A stretch of 64,000 bases of DNA from Thermoanaerobaculia bacterium (GCA_963664405.1 OY761158.1:3104001-3168000), one strand, 5' to 3'; shown: positions 35,948 through 45,574, counted from the first letter of the stretch. Notes: generated from the letters alone by a model not told the origin. A program made the numbers and translations.

Positions 35948-38782
35948 ATGGAAAGAAAGACCCGCGTTGCAACCCTGGTCGTGACGGCGGCGGCACTGCT
36001 ACTGCAACCGTCCGAAGCTCACCCACAGCCGTCCGTCTCACTCGGCGCCGAAGGAGTCAATTCGGTTCTGATCCGCTTGGGCGTGACGGATACCGAGCCG
36101 CGAGACTGGGATGGCTCGATCGCCGTGTCTGGCGGCGAACTACTGGGCGTGCGCGACTGGCACCCTCGTCCGGGCCACGAAGTCACCAGCAGCGCCTGGA
36201 AGCTCGCCTCCTATCAGGGGCCGAATTGGCGTTGGCGTGCCTGGGAAGAGACGCCACCGGTCGGCCCCATCGAATACCTCCGCTCACCCGGGGTCATCGT
36301 CGACGTGAGAGGCAGTGCGAGCTCCCGGCTCCGAGTCGAGACGCAGAACGGCGACTTCGACTTTCGCCTCGGAGACGTCGCTGTGGGTCGCAGCCTGCTT
36401 CTGCTCGGGGGTAGTGTGACGGTCGACCTCGTCGCCGCGGCGGAGCGGCTCTCCTCGAACGACTACGAGAACGACTACGCCACCGTACTCGGCAGCGACT
36501 CGGGTGAAGTCTGGACCGCCTGGATCGGTTATCGAAACAGTGGCAACGAGATCCTGGCTCGCCGCTTCGATGGACAGCACTGGGGCGATACCCAGCCGAT
36601 CTCCGAGAAGCCGGGTGACTACTATCTGGTCAAGATGGGCCGCGACGGCAAGGGCCGGCCGTGGGCAGTCTGGTCCGCGCAGGTTGACGGTAACTGGGAT
36701 CTCTACGCCCGCCACTTGGAGGGTAGTTCGTGGTCGGCGACCGAGCGTCTGACCACCAACCCTCAGCAGGACATCTTTCACAACCTGGTTTCCGACGCCA
36801 AGGGCAACCTCTGGCTCACCTGGCAGGGCTTCCGTAACGGCACCTCGGATGTTTTGGCCCGTCGTTTCGATGGATCGCGGTGGTCGCGGGAAGAGAAGGT
36901 CTCCTCCTCGCCCGCCAACGATTGGGAGCCCGTGATCGTCGCCGATTCCAAGGGCGCGGTCTACGTCGGCTGGGACAGTTACGGCGCCGGCAATTACGAC
37001 GTCCTGATGCGGAAGTGGGCCGACGGCAAGTGGGGCGACGAAGTGAGTGTCGCCACCACCCCCAAGTACGAGGCTCACATCAGCCTGGCCGTCGACAATC
37101 AGGACCGGATCTGGGCGGCCTGGAACGAAAGCGGCGTCAACTGGGGGAAAGACACCGGCTGGGTGCTCAATCGCGAAGGGACCCGCCTCTACCAGTGGCG
37201 CGCGATCGGGCTCGGTATCTACGATGACTCGGGCTGGAGGGCGCCGGCGAGCGACGTCAATGCAGCCTTGCCCGAGGAGCTGCGGGGCTACAACGACTTT
37301 CCCAAGCTCTTTCCCGACGCCGACGGACGCGTCTGGCTTTACTTCCGCCACCGCACTACCCGGATCGGCGACATCCCCAGCGACGCGCCGGCCCATCGCG
37401 CGGCTTGGGAGATCTGGGGCACCACCCTCGAAGGCAGTCGTTGGTCACAGCCGCTGCACTTTCCTCGGACGGGCTTCCGTCAGGATGCCCGATGGGGCCT
37501 CGCTGCCGACGGGGAGGGGAATGTATGGGCGGGCTGGCCGATGGACAACCGCGACTACGAGGAGTTCCTGTTCGAGCACGCTGACGTCTATGCCGCGAAG
37601 CTGCCGAAGTTGGAAACGACTCCCACCGCGCCAACGCTGGTGGCCCGCGTCGAAGAGGAGATTCCCGCCTACGCGATCCATCTCGAAGAAGAGAAGGACC
37701 TGGCGGCGATTCGCGCATACGAGATCAAGTCCGAGGGCAAGACTTACCGCATCTATCGCGGCGACACCCATCGCCACAGCGAGATCTCGATGGACGGCAA
37801 CAACGATGGATCGTTGCTGCAGACCTACCGCTACGCCATCGATGCGGCGCAGCTCGATTTCCTGCTCGCCAGCGAGCACAACCCGCTGGGTGGCCCTGAC
37901 ATCGACTACATCAACTGGCTGCTGCAGCAGACCGCCGACGTGCTGTCAGTCTCCGACGCCTTCCAGCCCTTTTATGGCTACGAGCGCAGCCTGCGCTACC
38001 CCAACGGCCATCGCAACATCCTGTTTGCGTCGCGCGGCAACCCAACACTGCCTATTTCTGACGCGGAGAGGATCGGTGAGGAAGGCTCGGAACGCCTCTA
38101 CGAGTACCTCAGGAAATATGACGGCATCGCGATCTCCCACACGTCGGCTTCTTCCGGCATGGGAACCGATTGGCGCGACAACGACCCGGAGGTCGAGCCG
38201 CTGGTCGAGATTTACCAGGGCGACCGCGTCTCCAATGAGTACGAAGGCGCGCCGCGAGCGGCTTACGGCGAGAACCTGCGCTCCGCACCCGGTGGCTTTC
38301 AGCGCGCTGGCTTCGTCTGGAACGCCTGGGCCAAGGGCTACAAGCTCGGTGTGCAGGCGGCCTCGGATCATCTTTCCACCCACATCTCCTACGCCTGCAC
38401 CATCGCCGAGGAATTCACCCGCGAGGGCATGCTCGAGGCGATGAAGAAGCGCCACAGCTACGGCGCTACCGACAACATCATCCTCGACTACCGCCTGCAG
38501 GCCGACGGCAAAGAGTACCTACAGGGTGACATCGTGAGCGTGAACGGCGACTTTCGACTGTCGGTCAAGGTCATCGGCACCAGCCCGATCCGCCAGATCG
38601 ACGTCATCCGCGACCAGACCTTCGTTCACAATCGCCAGAACCTGGGACAGGAGACGAGCTTCAGCTTCGTGGATAACGAAGCCGAGGCGGGCGAGCACTA
38701 CTACTATGTGCGGGTTCTCCAGAACGACGGCAACCTGGCTTGGTCGTCCCCGATCTGGGTCAGCTCCGGGGATGCTCAGTAG
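35948..38782 (+). CDS. Secreted beta-propeller + PHP-like metallohydrolase, paralog of 4002-6956
   Basis: GDTHRHS, SEH, ISHT, MGTDWRDNDPEVEP, SDHLSTHISY, YGATDNI, LAWSSPIW shared with the paralog. Confidence 0.7.
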   Translation: MERKTRVATLVVTAAALLLQPSEAHPQPSVSLGAEGVNSVLIRLGVTDTEPRDWDGSIAVSGGELLGVRDWHPRPGHEVTSSAWKLASYQGPNWRWRAWEETPPVGPIEYLRSPGVIVDVRGSASSRLRVETQNGDFDFRLGDVAVGRSLLLLGGSVTVDLVAAAERLSSNDYENDYATVLGSDSGEVWTAWIGYRNSGNEILARRFDGQHWGDTQPISEKPGDYYLVKMGRDGKGRPWAVWSAQVDGNWDLYARHLEGSSWSATERLTTNPQQDIFHNLVSDAKGNLWLTWQGFRNGTSDVLARRFDGSRWSREEKVSSSPANDWEPVIVADSKGAVYVGWDSYGAGNYDVLMRKWADGKWGDEVSVATTPKYEAHISLAVDNQDRIWAAWNESGVNWGKDTGWVLNREGTRLYQWRAIGLGIYDDSGWRAPASDVNAALPEELRGYNDFPKLFPDADGRVWLYFRHRTTRIGDIPSDAPAHRAAWEIWGTTLEGSRWSQPLHFPRTGFRQDARWGLAADGEGNVWAGWPMDNRDYEEFLFEHADVYAAKLPKLETTPTAPTLVARVEEEIPAYAIHLEEEKDLAAIRAYEIKSEGKTYRIYRGDTHRHSEISMDGNNDGSLLQTYRYAIDAAQLDFLLASEHNPLGGPDIDYINWLLQQTADVLSVSDAFQPFYGYERSLRYPNGHRNILFASRGNPTLPISDAERIGEEGSERLYEYLRKYDGIAISHTSASSGMGTDWRDNDPEVEPLVEIYQGDRVSNEYEGAPRAAYGENLRSAPGGFQRAGFVWNAWAKGYKLGVQAASDHLSTHISYACTIAEEFTREGMLEAMKKRHSYGATDNIILDYRLQADGKEYLQGDIVSVNGDFRLSVKVIGTSPIRQIDVIRDQTFVHNRQNLGQETSFSFVDNEAEAGEHYYYVRVLQNDGNLAWSSPIWVSSGDAQ

Positions 38783-38861
38783 CATCCCCTACGCTGACTT
38801 GTCTTTGGCGCCGAGGACGGCGCACTTGGGCGTTGCTTCCTATCCGCTCCGGGGAACGGTG
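38768..38861 (+). repeat. Hairpin + REP-like palindrome unit, copy 3
   Basis: GGGGATGCT-CAGT-AGCATCCCC then TGGCGCCGAGGACGGCGCAC at 38806-38825 and a tail similar to 25855-25890. Confidence 0.82.
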
Positions 38862-38908
38862 CCGGCAGATTCTGCGGGTCTTCGGGCCGGTCGTCACCGA
38901 TCTCGGCG

Positions 38909-41230
38909 CTAGAACAAATCCAACTGGGTGTCGTCGCCGATCACCTTCTCGAAACGGCTGCCGTCGAGATCGAGAATCGGAGTGGCGATCGGTTGGATCT
39001 GACGCTTGACGTAGTGCTCGTAATCGAGGGGTGAGCTCTGCTGGTCGGCGGGCTCGGGCCCAGCGACAGTGATGACGTAATCGATGAGGGCGCCCGGCCT
39101 GGCGCCCATCTTTCGCGCCGCCACGACGTGGGGAGGGGTGGTCGTGGTGTATTCCTCTACGCCCTTGCGAAGCGCCTTGCGGTAGGTCAGAAGCTGGTCG
39201 TGCTCGCCCTGGCGAAGCTGTTCGACCGTCTCGCGGAGATAGCTCGTTACCGGCCGGCCGTGAAAGAAGCGCTCGTAGAGCTCCCGTTGCACTTGGCGAG
39301 CCAGGTCGGTCCAATCGCGCCGCACAGCCTCCATTCCGGTGAAGACCACATTTCCCTCTTCGGTGAGCCCCACATAGTGCTTCATGGCGCCACCCTCTCC
39401 GTGGCGCTTGCGCGGGAAAAGGAGACGGAGATAGAGGCGCTCGAACTCCAGCTCGAGCCGGCTGGAGACTCCCCACTTCTCATCGACATGCTCGCTGAGC
39501 TCGCGGTTGAGATCTCGCGTAAGCTCGCGAGCCACCCCATGAGCGGCATCGACATCGTCGACGCCGGCGGAGACGAAGAGGCTGTCGGTGTCGCCGTAGA
39601 GGACGCGATAGCCCTTGCCTTCCACGACCCCCTTCGACCACAGCAGAATCTCGCGGCCGAAGCTGGTGATGGCAGCCGCCAGCTTGGGGTTGTAAAAACG
39701 GCATGCCGAGGTGCCGAGAACTCCGTAAAAAGAGTTCATCAGGATTTTGATCGCCTGGCTGGCAACGGCGTTGTTTCGCTTCTTGGCCTCCTCTCTGTGC
39801 TCGAAGAGGTGATCGAGAAGATCGCTCAGAATTCCTTTGCGCCGACGAAAGGTGGCGCCATTGGGGGCGACTACCCCCGCGGCCGAGACGTCGGGCCCCG
39901 AGCCCAGATATCCCAGCGGATCGATCTCGAAGGTGCGGATGATGCTGGGGTAGAGACTCTTGTAGTCGAAGACCAGGACCTTTTCGTAGAGGCCGGCCTC
40001 AGGCGGAATGAGAGTGCCTCCGAAGTTGTCGGCTTCGGGCTGGGAAGCGCCGACACTGGGAGCCGCGCGCCCTCGCTTTGCAAGCTCCGAGAGATAGAGA
40101 AAGTCGAAGGAGGCGATCGATGCCGACACTCGATCGAGTGGCATGCCGGTGAGCAGGCTGCGCTCAACAGTGAGGTTGAGGAGGTCGAGATGATCGAGTA
40201 TGTCCAATACCAGCTGCGCGTCGCGGATGTTGTAGCGAACGAAGGCTTCTCGGTCTTCGCGAAAGGTACGCAGGATCTCTCCTACTCGGTCGCTTCCGTG
40301 GATGGTCTTGCCCTCGCCGCCGAGCACCTCGCGCGAGACGAAGTCGAGAGAGTAGCTCTCCATGCGCACGAAGGCGCCCCGCAGGAGTCGGATGCCGTCG
40401 AGCACCACCCGGCCAGGGATGCTCGCCTGATCCATCGTGTGGTCGCCGCTTCGCTCGCGATTGGCGTAGACCCTCAGCTCTCCGGGCCCTCGACCGAGCT
40501 CGAGGCGGATACCGAGGTCTCTTGCGCGGTTGAGCAGAAAGTGGAGATCGAATCCGATGACGTTCCAACCGGTGACGATGTCGGGATCGAGATCATGGAG
40601 ACGGCGCACGAAGGCGCGGAGGAGGCTCGCTTCGGAGGCAAAATGGGTCGACTCCGGGGGTGCCTGCTGCTCCGGATCTCCGAGCAGGAGAGCCTCGGAG
40701 ACTCCACAGCCGCACAGCGCCACCGACAGCAATCTGTTTTTGCGAGGGTCGGTCTCGATGTCGATGGAGAGTGTCGAGAGAGTGGGACGACAGTCGGCGG
40801 GCTCGATTTTCGGATTGTCGAAGACGAGGTCGGTGCCGTCGCCTGGCTGGGCGGGTCCCTGGATTCGACACGCGCTGCGGATGCCATGGTCGATGAGAAA
40901 GCGCATGGCGAATCGAACATCGGCCTCGAGGCAGGCGACGCCGGCGCCGACCAAGCGGTCTCGAAGAGGGGGAGCGTCGGCAGGCTTGACAACCTCTACG
41001 CGAAGGAGTGCACGATCCACCAGATCCACCCTCTGGGTAGGAAGGATTGCGTTCGCGCCCAGGGCCCGGGCTCGATCTTCGTCGCTCTTGAGAATGAAGA
41101 AGTGGGGACGCTGGTGGGTGTCGCGCACCAAGAAGGTCTTGCCATCTTGGAGCTTGCCGAAGAGATGCACGACCGGCCGATCATGCTCGATGCGGTAGGT
41201 AGGCTGTAGTATCAACCCGTGGCCGACCAT
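38909..41230 (-). CDS. polB: DNA polymerase II (family B)
   Basis: DIET and GWNVIGFD exonuclease motifs; DYKSLYPSII, KILMNSFYG, YGDTDSLF. Confidence 0.93.
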   Translation of the reverse strand: MVGHGLILQPTYRIEHDRPVVHLFGKLQDGKTFLVRDTHQRPHFFILKSDEDRARALGANAILPTQRVDLVDRALLRVEVVKPADAPPLRDRLVGAGVACLEADVRFAMRFLIDHGIRSACRIQGPAQPGDGTDLVFDNPKIEPADCRPTLSTLSIDIETDPRKNRLLSVALCGCGVSEALLLGDPEQQAPPESTHFASEASLLRAFVRRLHDLDPDIVTGWNVIGFDLHFLLNRARDLGIRLELGRGPGELRVYANRERSGDHTMDQASIPGRVVLDGIRLLRGAFVRMESYSLDFVSREVLGGEGKTIHGSDRVGEILRTFREDREAFVRYNIRDAQLVLDILDHLDLLNLTVERSLLTGMPLDRVSASIASFDFLYLSELAKRGRAAPSVGASQPEADNFGGTLIPPEAGLYEKVLVFDYKSLYPSIIRTFEIDPLGYLGSGPDVSAAGVVAPNGATFRRRKGILSDLLDHLFEHREEAKKRNNAVASQAIKILMNSFYGVLGTSACRFYNPKLAAAITSFGREILLWSKGVVEGKGYRVLYGDTDSLFVSAGVDDVDAAHGVARELTRDLNRELSEHVDEKWGVSSRLELEFERLYLRLLFPRKRHGEGGAMKHYVGLTEEGNVVFTGMEAVRRDWTDLARQVQRELYERFFHGRPVTSYLRETVEQLRQGEHDQLLTYRKALRKGVEEYTTTTPPHVVAARKMGARPGALIDYVITVAGPEPADQQSSPLDYEHYVKRQIQPIATPILDLDGSRFEKVIGDDTQLDLF

Positions 41231-41248
41231 TGGCCCATTTACTCCCGA

Positions 41249-41335
41249 TGCGCCGTCCTCGCCTCTGGGTGCGCCGTCCTCGGCGCCAACAGCAATCTAG
41301 TTTTGGGAATGGTATTCACCATTCCCAAAACTAGA
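41249..41335 (-). repeat. Hairpin + REP-like palindrome unit, copy 4 (minus orientation)
   Basis: 18-bp perfect hairpin 41296-41335; GTGCGCCGTCCTCGGCGCCA at 41269-41288; partial second palindrome at 41249-41263. Confidence 0.82.
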
Positions 41336-42521
41336 AGGTCCTGGCTGCGATCAGGGTACCAGCTAGGAAAGTTCCGATCATGCTGCCGAGGTTGGCCAGC
41401 ACTACCACCAACAAGACACGAGTCAGCGGGTTGTGCCAGAAACCGGAGAGCGAGGTGATGGCGTCGGGGAGATTCTCCAGATCCTGGACCGTCGGCTTCT
41501 TGACCCAGGCCTGCACCAGGCCGGCGACCCAGCCCGCGGCGATGAAGGGGTTGAGGCTGGTCAGCGGAGCCGCGAGAAACGAAGCTAGGATCGTCAACGG
41601 ATGACCGAGTGCCGCGGCGGAGCCGGCCGCCGAGAGACCTCCGTTGATGAGAACCCAGAGCAGAATCGATTCTCTCGATCGTGTCGCCCCGCCGCTGACG
41701 AAGCCATAGACGAGCAGACCTACGATGGCGATGGGAATGGCCCACTTGAGGACTCGCGGCAACAAACGTGGCTCGGGAACCCGCTCCAGGTCGTCGAGGG
41801 GCTCGTTCTTGGTGATCTCTCGGCGGATCCCTTCGATGTGACCAGCGCCGACGACGGCGACCACCTTCTTCCCCGGCGCATCTCGGATTCTCTGGGCAAG
41901 GTAGCGATCTCGCTCGTCGATGAGTGTTTCTTTCGCCTGCGGAAGCTCAGTCGCGAGCAGCTGGAGCGCATCCGCTAGACGCTCCTCTTGTTTCAGCTCC
42001 TCCACTTGGGCGGCATCGATCTCCTCGTCCATCAACAGGCCGCCCAGGAGTTGCGAGAACACCTTGATCTTGGTCCAGAAGCCGAGGCGGGCGCCGGTTC
42101 TCTTCAGGGTGATGTCGATGCGCCGATCGGCAAGTACGAGCTCTGCGCCCTCCTTCTCGGCGTCCTCGATCGCGGCGAGCATCTCTGCGCCGGGCTGGAT
42201 GCCGAGCTGCTTGGCAATGCGGCGCTGGAAGGAGGCCATGATGAGAGAGCTGAGAAGTAGATAGACCTTTCCTTCACGAAGGACCTTGAGGATGTCGAGG
42301 CTGTTCCAGCTGTCAGGGTTGGTGAGGCTCTCGTAACGTGGCTGACAGAGCTCGACGCAGACGGTATCCGGGCTCACGATCTCGATGGTCGTATGGACGT
42401 CGTCCACGCTGCTATGGGAGACGTGGGCGGTGCCGACCAGGTAGATCTGCCGACCCTCGATCTCGAGGGCGTGGACGGTCGAGGGTAGAGCCTCGGCGGC
42501 GCTTGTGCCTGCTTCGATCAT
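41331..42521 (-). CDS. TraB/GumN (pheromone shutdown-like) family protein
   Basis: LVGTAHVS, VCVEL, PGAEM, LIDERD, VVGAGH, C-terminal TMs with AAPLTSLNP; ORF is open upstream to 42650. Confidence 0.88.
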   Translation of the reverse strand: MIEAGTSAAEALPSTVHALEIEGRQIYLVGTAHVSHSSVDDVHTTIEIVSPDTVCVELCQPRYESLTNPDSWNSLDILKVLREGKVYLLLSSLIMASFQRRIAKQLGIQPGAEMLAAIEDAEKEGAELVLADRRIDITLKRTGARLGFWTKIKVFSQLLGGLLMDEEIDAAQVEELKQEERLADALQLLATELPQAKETLIDERDRYLAQRIRDAPGKKVVAVVGAGHIEGIRREITKNEPLDDLERVPEPRLLPRVLKWAIPIAIVGLLVYGFVSGGATRSRESILLWVLINGGLSAAGSAAALGHPLTILASFLAAPLTSLNPFIAAGWVAGLVQAWVKKPTVQDLENLPDAITSLSGFWHNPLTRVLLVVVLANLGSMIGTFLAGTLIAARTF

Positions 42522-42703
42522 CTTGCTGGGCTGGATGGTACCGAAAAACGACGCCCCTGGGAGCCGCCGCTGCAGGAACTCGTGACCCGCCGTCCGCGGA
42601 GGCGGCTCGTCACCGTGGTAAAGTCCCGACTGTCTAGGCTTTAGCGGCAACCTTCGGCGTCAGCGCCGGCAGCCCTCCACTCGGTCGCCAGATCTATTCA
42701 TCC

Positions 42704-44362
42704 ATGAACCGGCGCGTCGCCGTCTACCTCTTCCTGTTCGCGTCCTTCACTGTTTTGTGGGGCGGGGTGTCGAGCTGCATCGGATATCGACAAGACTCCG
42801 CGGATTTGGTCGAGGTGCGTAGTCAGCTGGTGGATAGCTCCTGGCTCTGGGGGCACCATGAGCTCGACAGGCTTGCCTCGACCTGGGGGGCGGGTCGTGA
42901 GGCGAAAGCGGGCCTGGCGATTCTCGATGCCTTGGTTGGCAACGACGATCTCGACCACAGGGTCCCAGCTGCCGAATCCCTGACCGCCTTTCCTGTCGGC
43001 CTCTTGCTCCAGCGGGCTCTCGAGGAGCAGCGCTATCAGGGATGCCTTCGCCTCGTTGCTCTGCTGAAGGCGGCAGGAGCACCCGGTTTCGACGAATTCG
43101 CGGCGGCGGCCCTGCTCGAGCTCGGCCGCTTCGCCGAGGCGCGGCAGATTCAACTACCGGAGGAGAATCGGACTCAGTTGGCGAGCCGGCTGGGGTCGAT
43201 CTTGGGCGGCGACCTCGAGACGACTCTGGTGCGAGACCGTAGAGGCAATCTGCTTGGCAAAGTGGCTGCCGAAGAAGGTGCATCGTTCATGCCGGAGGCC
43301 GGGATCGCGGAGAGCCTGGTGCCCAAGGTAGTGGTAGCGGGTCTGGACGAGCTAGGCCCGGCAAGGAGCGTAAGGCTCACCATCGACCTCGAGCTCAGCC
43401 AAATGGCACTGCGAGCCCTCGGCTCTTACCATGGCAGCATCGTTGTCGTCGATCCCAAAGACGGCTCGGTTCTTGCCGCGGTGAGTGATCGCAGGAGCTA
43501 CAGCCGAGAGGGGTCGCCCGCTTTGGAGCAGCTTAGGGAACCGGCCTCGATCGCCAAGATCATCACAGTGAGCGCCGCACTCCGGGCAGGAATCGATGTG
43601 GATCAGGTGCTCCAAGAGCTGATTTGTCGCGGCTCCGAGCCTTTCGACGACGGTCTGCTTTACTGCTCGGCGATCAACGGCCGCCTGCGGGGGCTGAATC
43701 GAGCGATGGCGGTGAGTTGCAACGTCGCCTTTGCTCACCTCGGCAAACTGGTTGGGCGAGAGGCTCTCCTCGATGAGTATGCGCGCTACGGTTTCGACCT
43801 CGAAGGAGCTGACGGCGCCTACCTCGGGCGAGTCCTGCAACCGGAGCCCAAAGGCCGAGAGCTAGGAGAGCTCGCAGTCGGCCTCGAGGCGACCGCGATC
43901 ACTCCGGTCCACGCCGCGCTGCAAGCCGGAATGGTTGCCAATGGTGGCTACATGATGCCACCGCACTTGTTCAGATCCACCGACTCCTTCCTCGGTTTTT
44001 CTGAGCGCCTACTGCCCGCCAGTAGCGGCTGGAGAGTGCTCGAGGACGCCTGGCTGCCGATTCTGGTCGGCGCCATGGAGGCAGTGGTCCAGCCCGGCGG
44101 CACTGCCGCGCGAGTGGCTCCCTCATCCTTCCCCGTGGCTCTCAAGACGGGTACCGCTAGTGATCCGCGGACCGGCTTTCATGTCAACTACATCGGCTTC
44201 GGCCCCCAGCCCGAGCCAAGGTACGCATTCGCGGTGCGGGTCACTCATCAGCGGACTTCGCGCAGGGTGCGCAACGCGGCCTTTGCAGTGACTCGGCGCT
44301 TTCTCCGCGGCCTCGCCGAGTTCGAGCGCAACTCCGATCCTCGAGGTCTAGGCTCTTTCTAG
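42704..44362 (+). CDS. Penicillin-binding transpeptidase domain protein
   Basis: SxxK (SIAK), SxN (SCN), KTGT; N-terminal membrane anchor. Confidence 0.82.
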   Translation: MNRRVAVYLFLFASFTVLWGGVSSCIGYRQDSADLVEVRSQLVDSSWLWGHHELDRLASTWGAGREAKAGLAILDALVGNDDLDHRVPAAESLTAFPVGLLLQRALEEQRYQGCLRLVALLKAAGAPGFDEFAAAALLELGRFAEARQIQLPEENRTQLASRLGSILGGDLETTLVRDRRGNLLGKVAAEEGASFMPEAGIAESLVPKVVVAGLDELGPARSVRLTIDLELSQMALRALGSYHGSIVVVDPKDGSVLAAVSDRRSYSREGSPALEQLREPASIAKIITVSAALRAGIDVDQVLQELICRGSEPFDDGLLYCSAINGRLRGLNRAMAVSCNVAFAHLGKLVGREALLDEYARYGFDLEGADGAYLGRVLQPEPKGRELGELAVGLEATAITPVHAALQAGMVANGGYMMPPHLFRSTDSFLGFSERLLPASSGWRVLEDAWLPILVGAMEAVVQPGGTAARVAPSSFPVALKTGTASDPRTGFHVNYIGFGPQPEPRYAFAVRVTHQRTSRRVRNAAFAVTRRFLRGLAEFERNSDPRGLGSF

Positions 44363-45574
44363 GAGTAGGGCGGTGACGTCGTCGTTACGGGTATCGGTGG
44401 TCTGCTGCACCCGCTCCAAGAGACGGTCGAGCCACTGGCTGGGCTCACCCGATCCGTTCTCGCTGCCCAGTAGCTCGGTCAGGGCCTCGTAGCCGAGTGG
44501 CTCTCCATTCGGGGTCCGCGCTTCGGGGAGCCCGTCGGTGAGGAGGAGGAGTCGTTCTCCCCGCGCCAGTGTGAGAGTCCTGCTCTGGTAGCAGATGTCT
44601 TGGCGAATTCCGAGTGGAAGTCGCGGACCGGGGACCTCGATCGCCTCTGGCTCTTGGCCCGCTCGCAGCAGATAGGGGTCGGGGAGGCCGGAGTTGGCGA
44701 TCTGGAGCTCTCCCGATTGGGGATCGAAGAGTGCCATCGACAAAGCAACGAACTCGCGTTGAGCGAGCTCGCTGCAGAGCTTGGTGTTGATCTGAGACAG
44801 TGTCTCGGTCAGGGTGTTGTGAGCCGCGATGAGGGGTGTCATCGCCTTGACCGACGCTGAAATGAGGCTGGCTCCGACGCCCTTGCCGGCGACGTCTGCC
44901 ACGACCAGACCGATACGACTCCCGTCGAGCTCGAACACGTCGAAGAAATCGCCGGCAACGAAGCGGGCGGGGAGGTTTCTCGCCGCGATTCTAAATCCGT
45001 CTCCGCCGAGCTTGGCCGGCGGTAGCAGCCGACGCTGGATCTCCCGCGCGAGCTCGAGCTCTCGCTCTGCAAGGGCTTGTTCGCTCTGGGCCCGCACCAC
45101 TTGGATCTCCGCTTCTCTCGCCTGCACTTCGAGCTCGAGGTTCCGGCTTTCGGTCTCGCGCGAGGTCTCGAATGCGATCAGCAGGTAGTGGACGGCGACG
45201 GCCAGAACATAGAGAAGGATGCCGACGACGAAAAAGAGGATCAGCATGCCGCGGAACTGCTCCGAAGTGTCGGCGAATCCGGGGATTCGGTCGAGGAGCA
45301 TCGACCAGCCGAGGCCTGCTGCTATCCATACCGAGCTCGAGATTGCGGCGGCGAGCGCGTGGGTCGCGATCGGTTGGACCAGCCCGGAGCTGCCCACCGG
45401 CATCGCTTGACACGGGTAGAAGGCAGCCAAGCAAACGAAGGCGTAGAGCAGACCGAGCGGCACGGTGAGAGCTGTGACTTGAAGCCAGGGCATGCCGCTG
45501 GATAACCCGAACAGCGCCGCGAGCAATGCGCTGCCCGGAAGCCAGGCTCCGAGGTAGAGCCCGAGGCGGTCTAA
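44348..45574 (-). CDS. Membrane-sensor PP2C/SpoIIE phosphatase, main part, separated from its first codons (47580-47603) by an IS
   Basis: About 4-5 TMs then GDFFD, VADVAGKG, TDGL, DDVT; removing the IS restores MHPILAR-L-DRLGLYLGAW. Confidence 0.85.
   Translation of the reverse strand, partial: LDRLGLYLGAWLPGSALLAALFGLSSGMPWLQVTALTVPLGLLYAFVCLAAFYPCQAMPVGSSGLVQPIATHALAAAISSSVWIAAGLGWSMLLDRIPGFADTSEQFRGMLILFFVVGILLYVLAVAVHYLLIAFETSRETESRNLELEVQAREAEIQVVRAQSEQALAERELELAREIQRRLLPPAKLGGDGFRIAARNLPARFVAGDFFDVFELDGSRIGLVVADVAGKGVGASLISASVKAMTPLIAAHNTLTETLSQINTKLCSELAQREFVALSMALFDPQSGELQIANSGLPDPYLLRAGQEPEAIEVPGPRLPLGIRQDICYQSRTLTLARGERLLLLTDGLPEARTPNGEPLGYEALTELLGSENGSGEPSQWLDRLLERVQQTTDTRNDDVTALLLERA

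Noticed and set aside
38909-41230. Family B polymerase as a marker of a casposon, pipolin or phage
   Set aside because: Looks like cellular Pol II; no Cas1, integrase or phage genes nearby
41331-42521. TraB as evidence of conjugation
   Set aside because: It is the TraB/GumN pheromone-shutdown-like family; no type IV secretion or relaxase genes present
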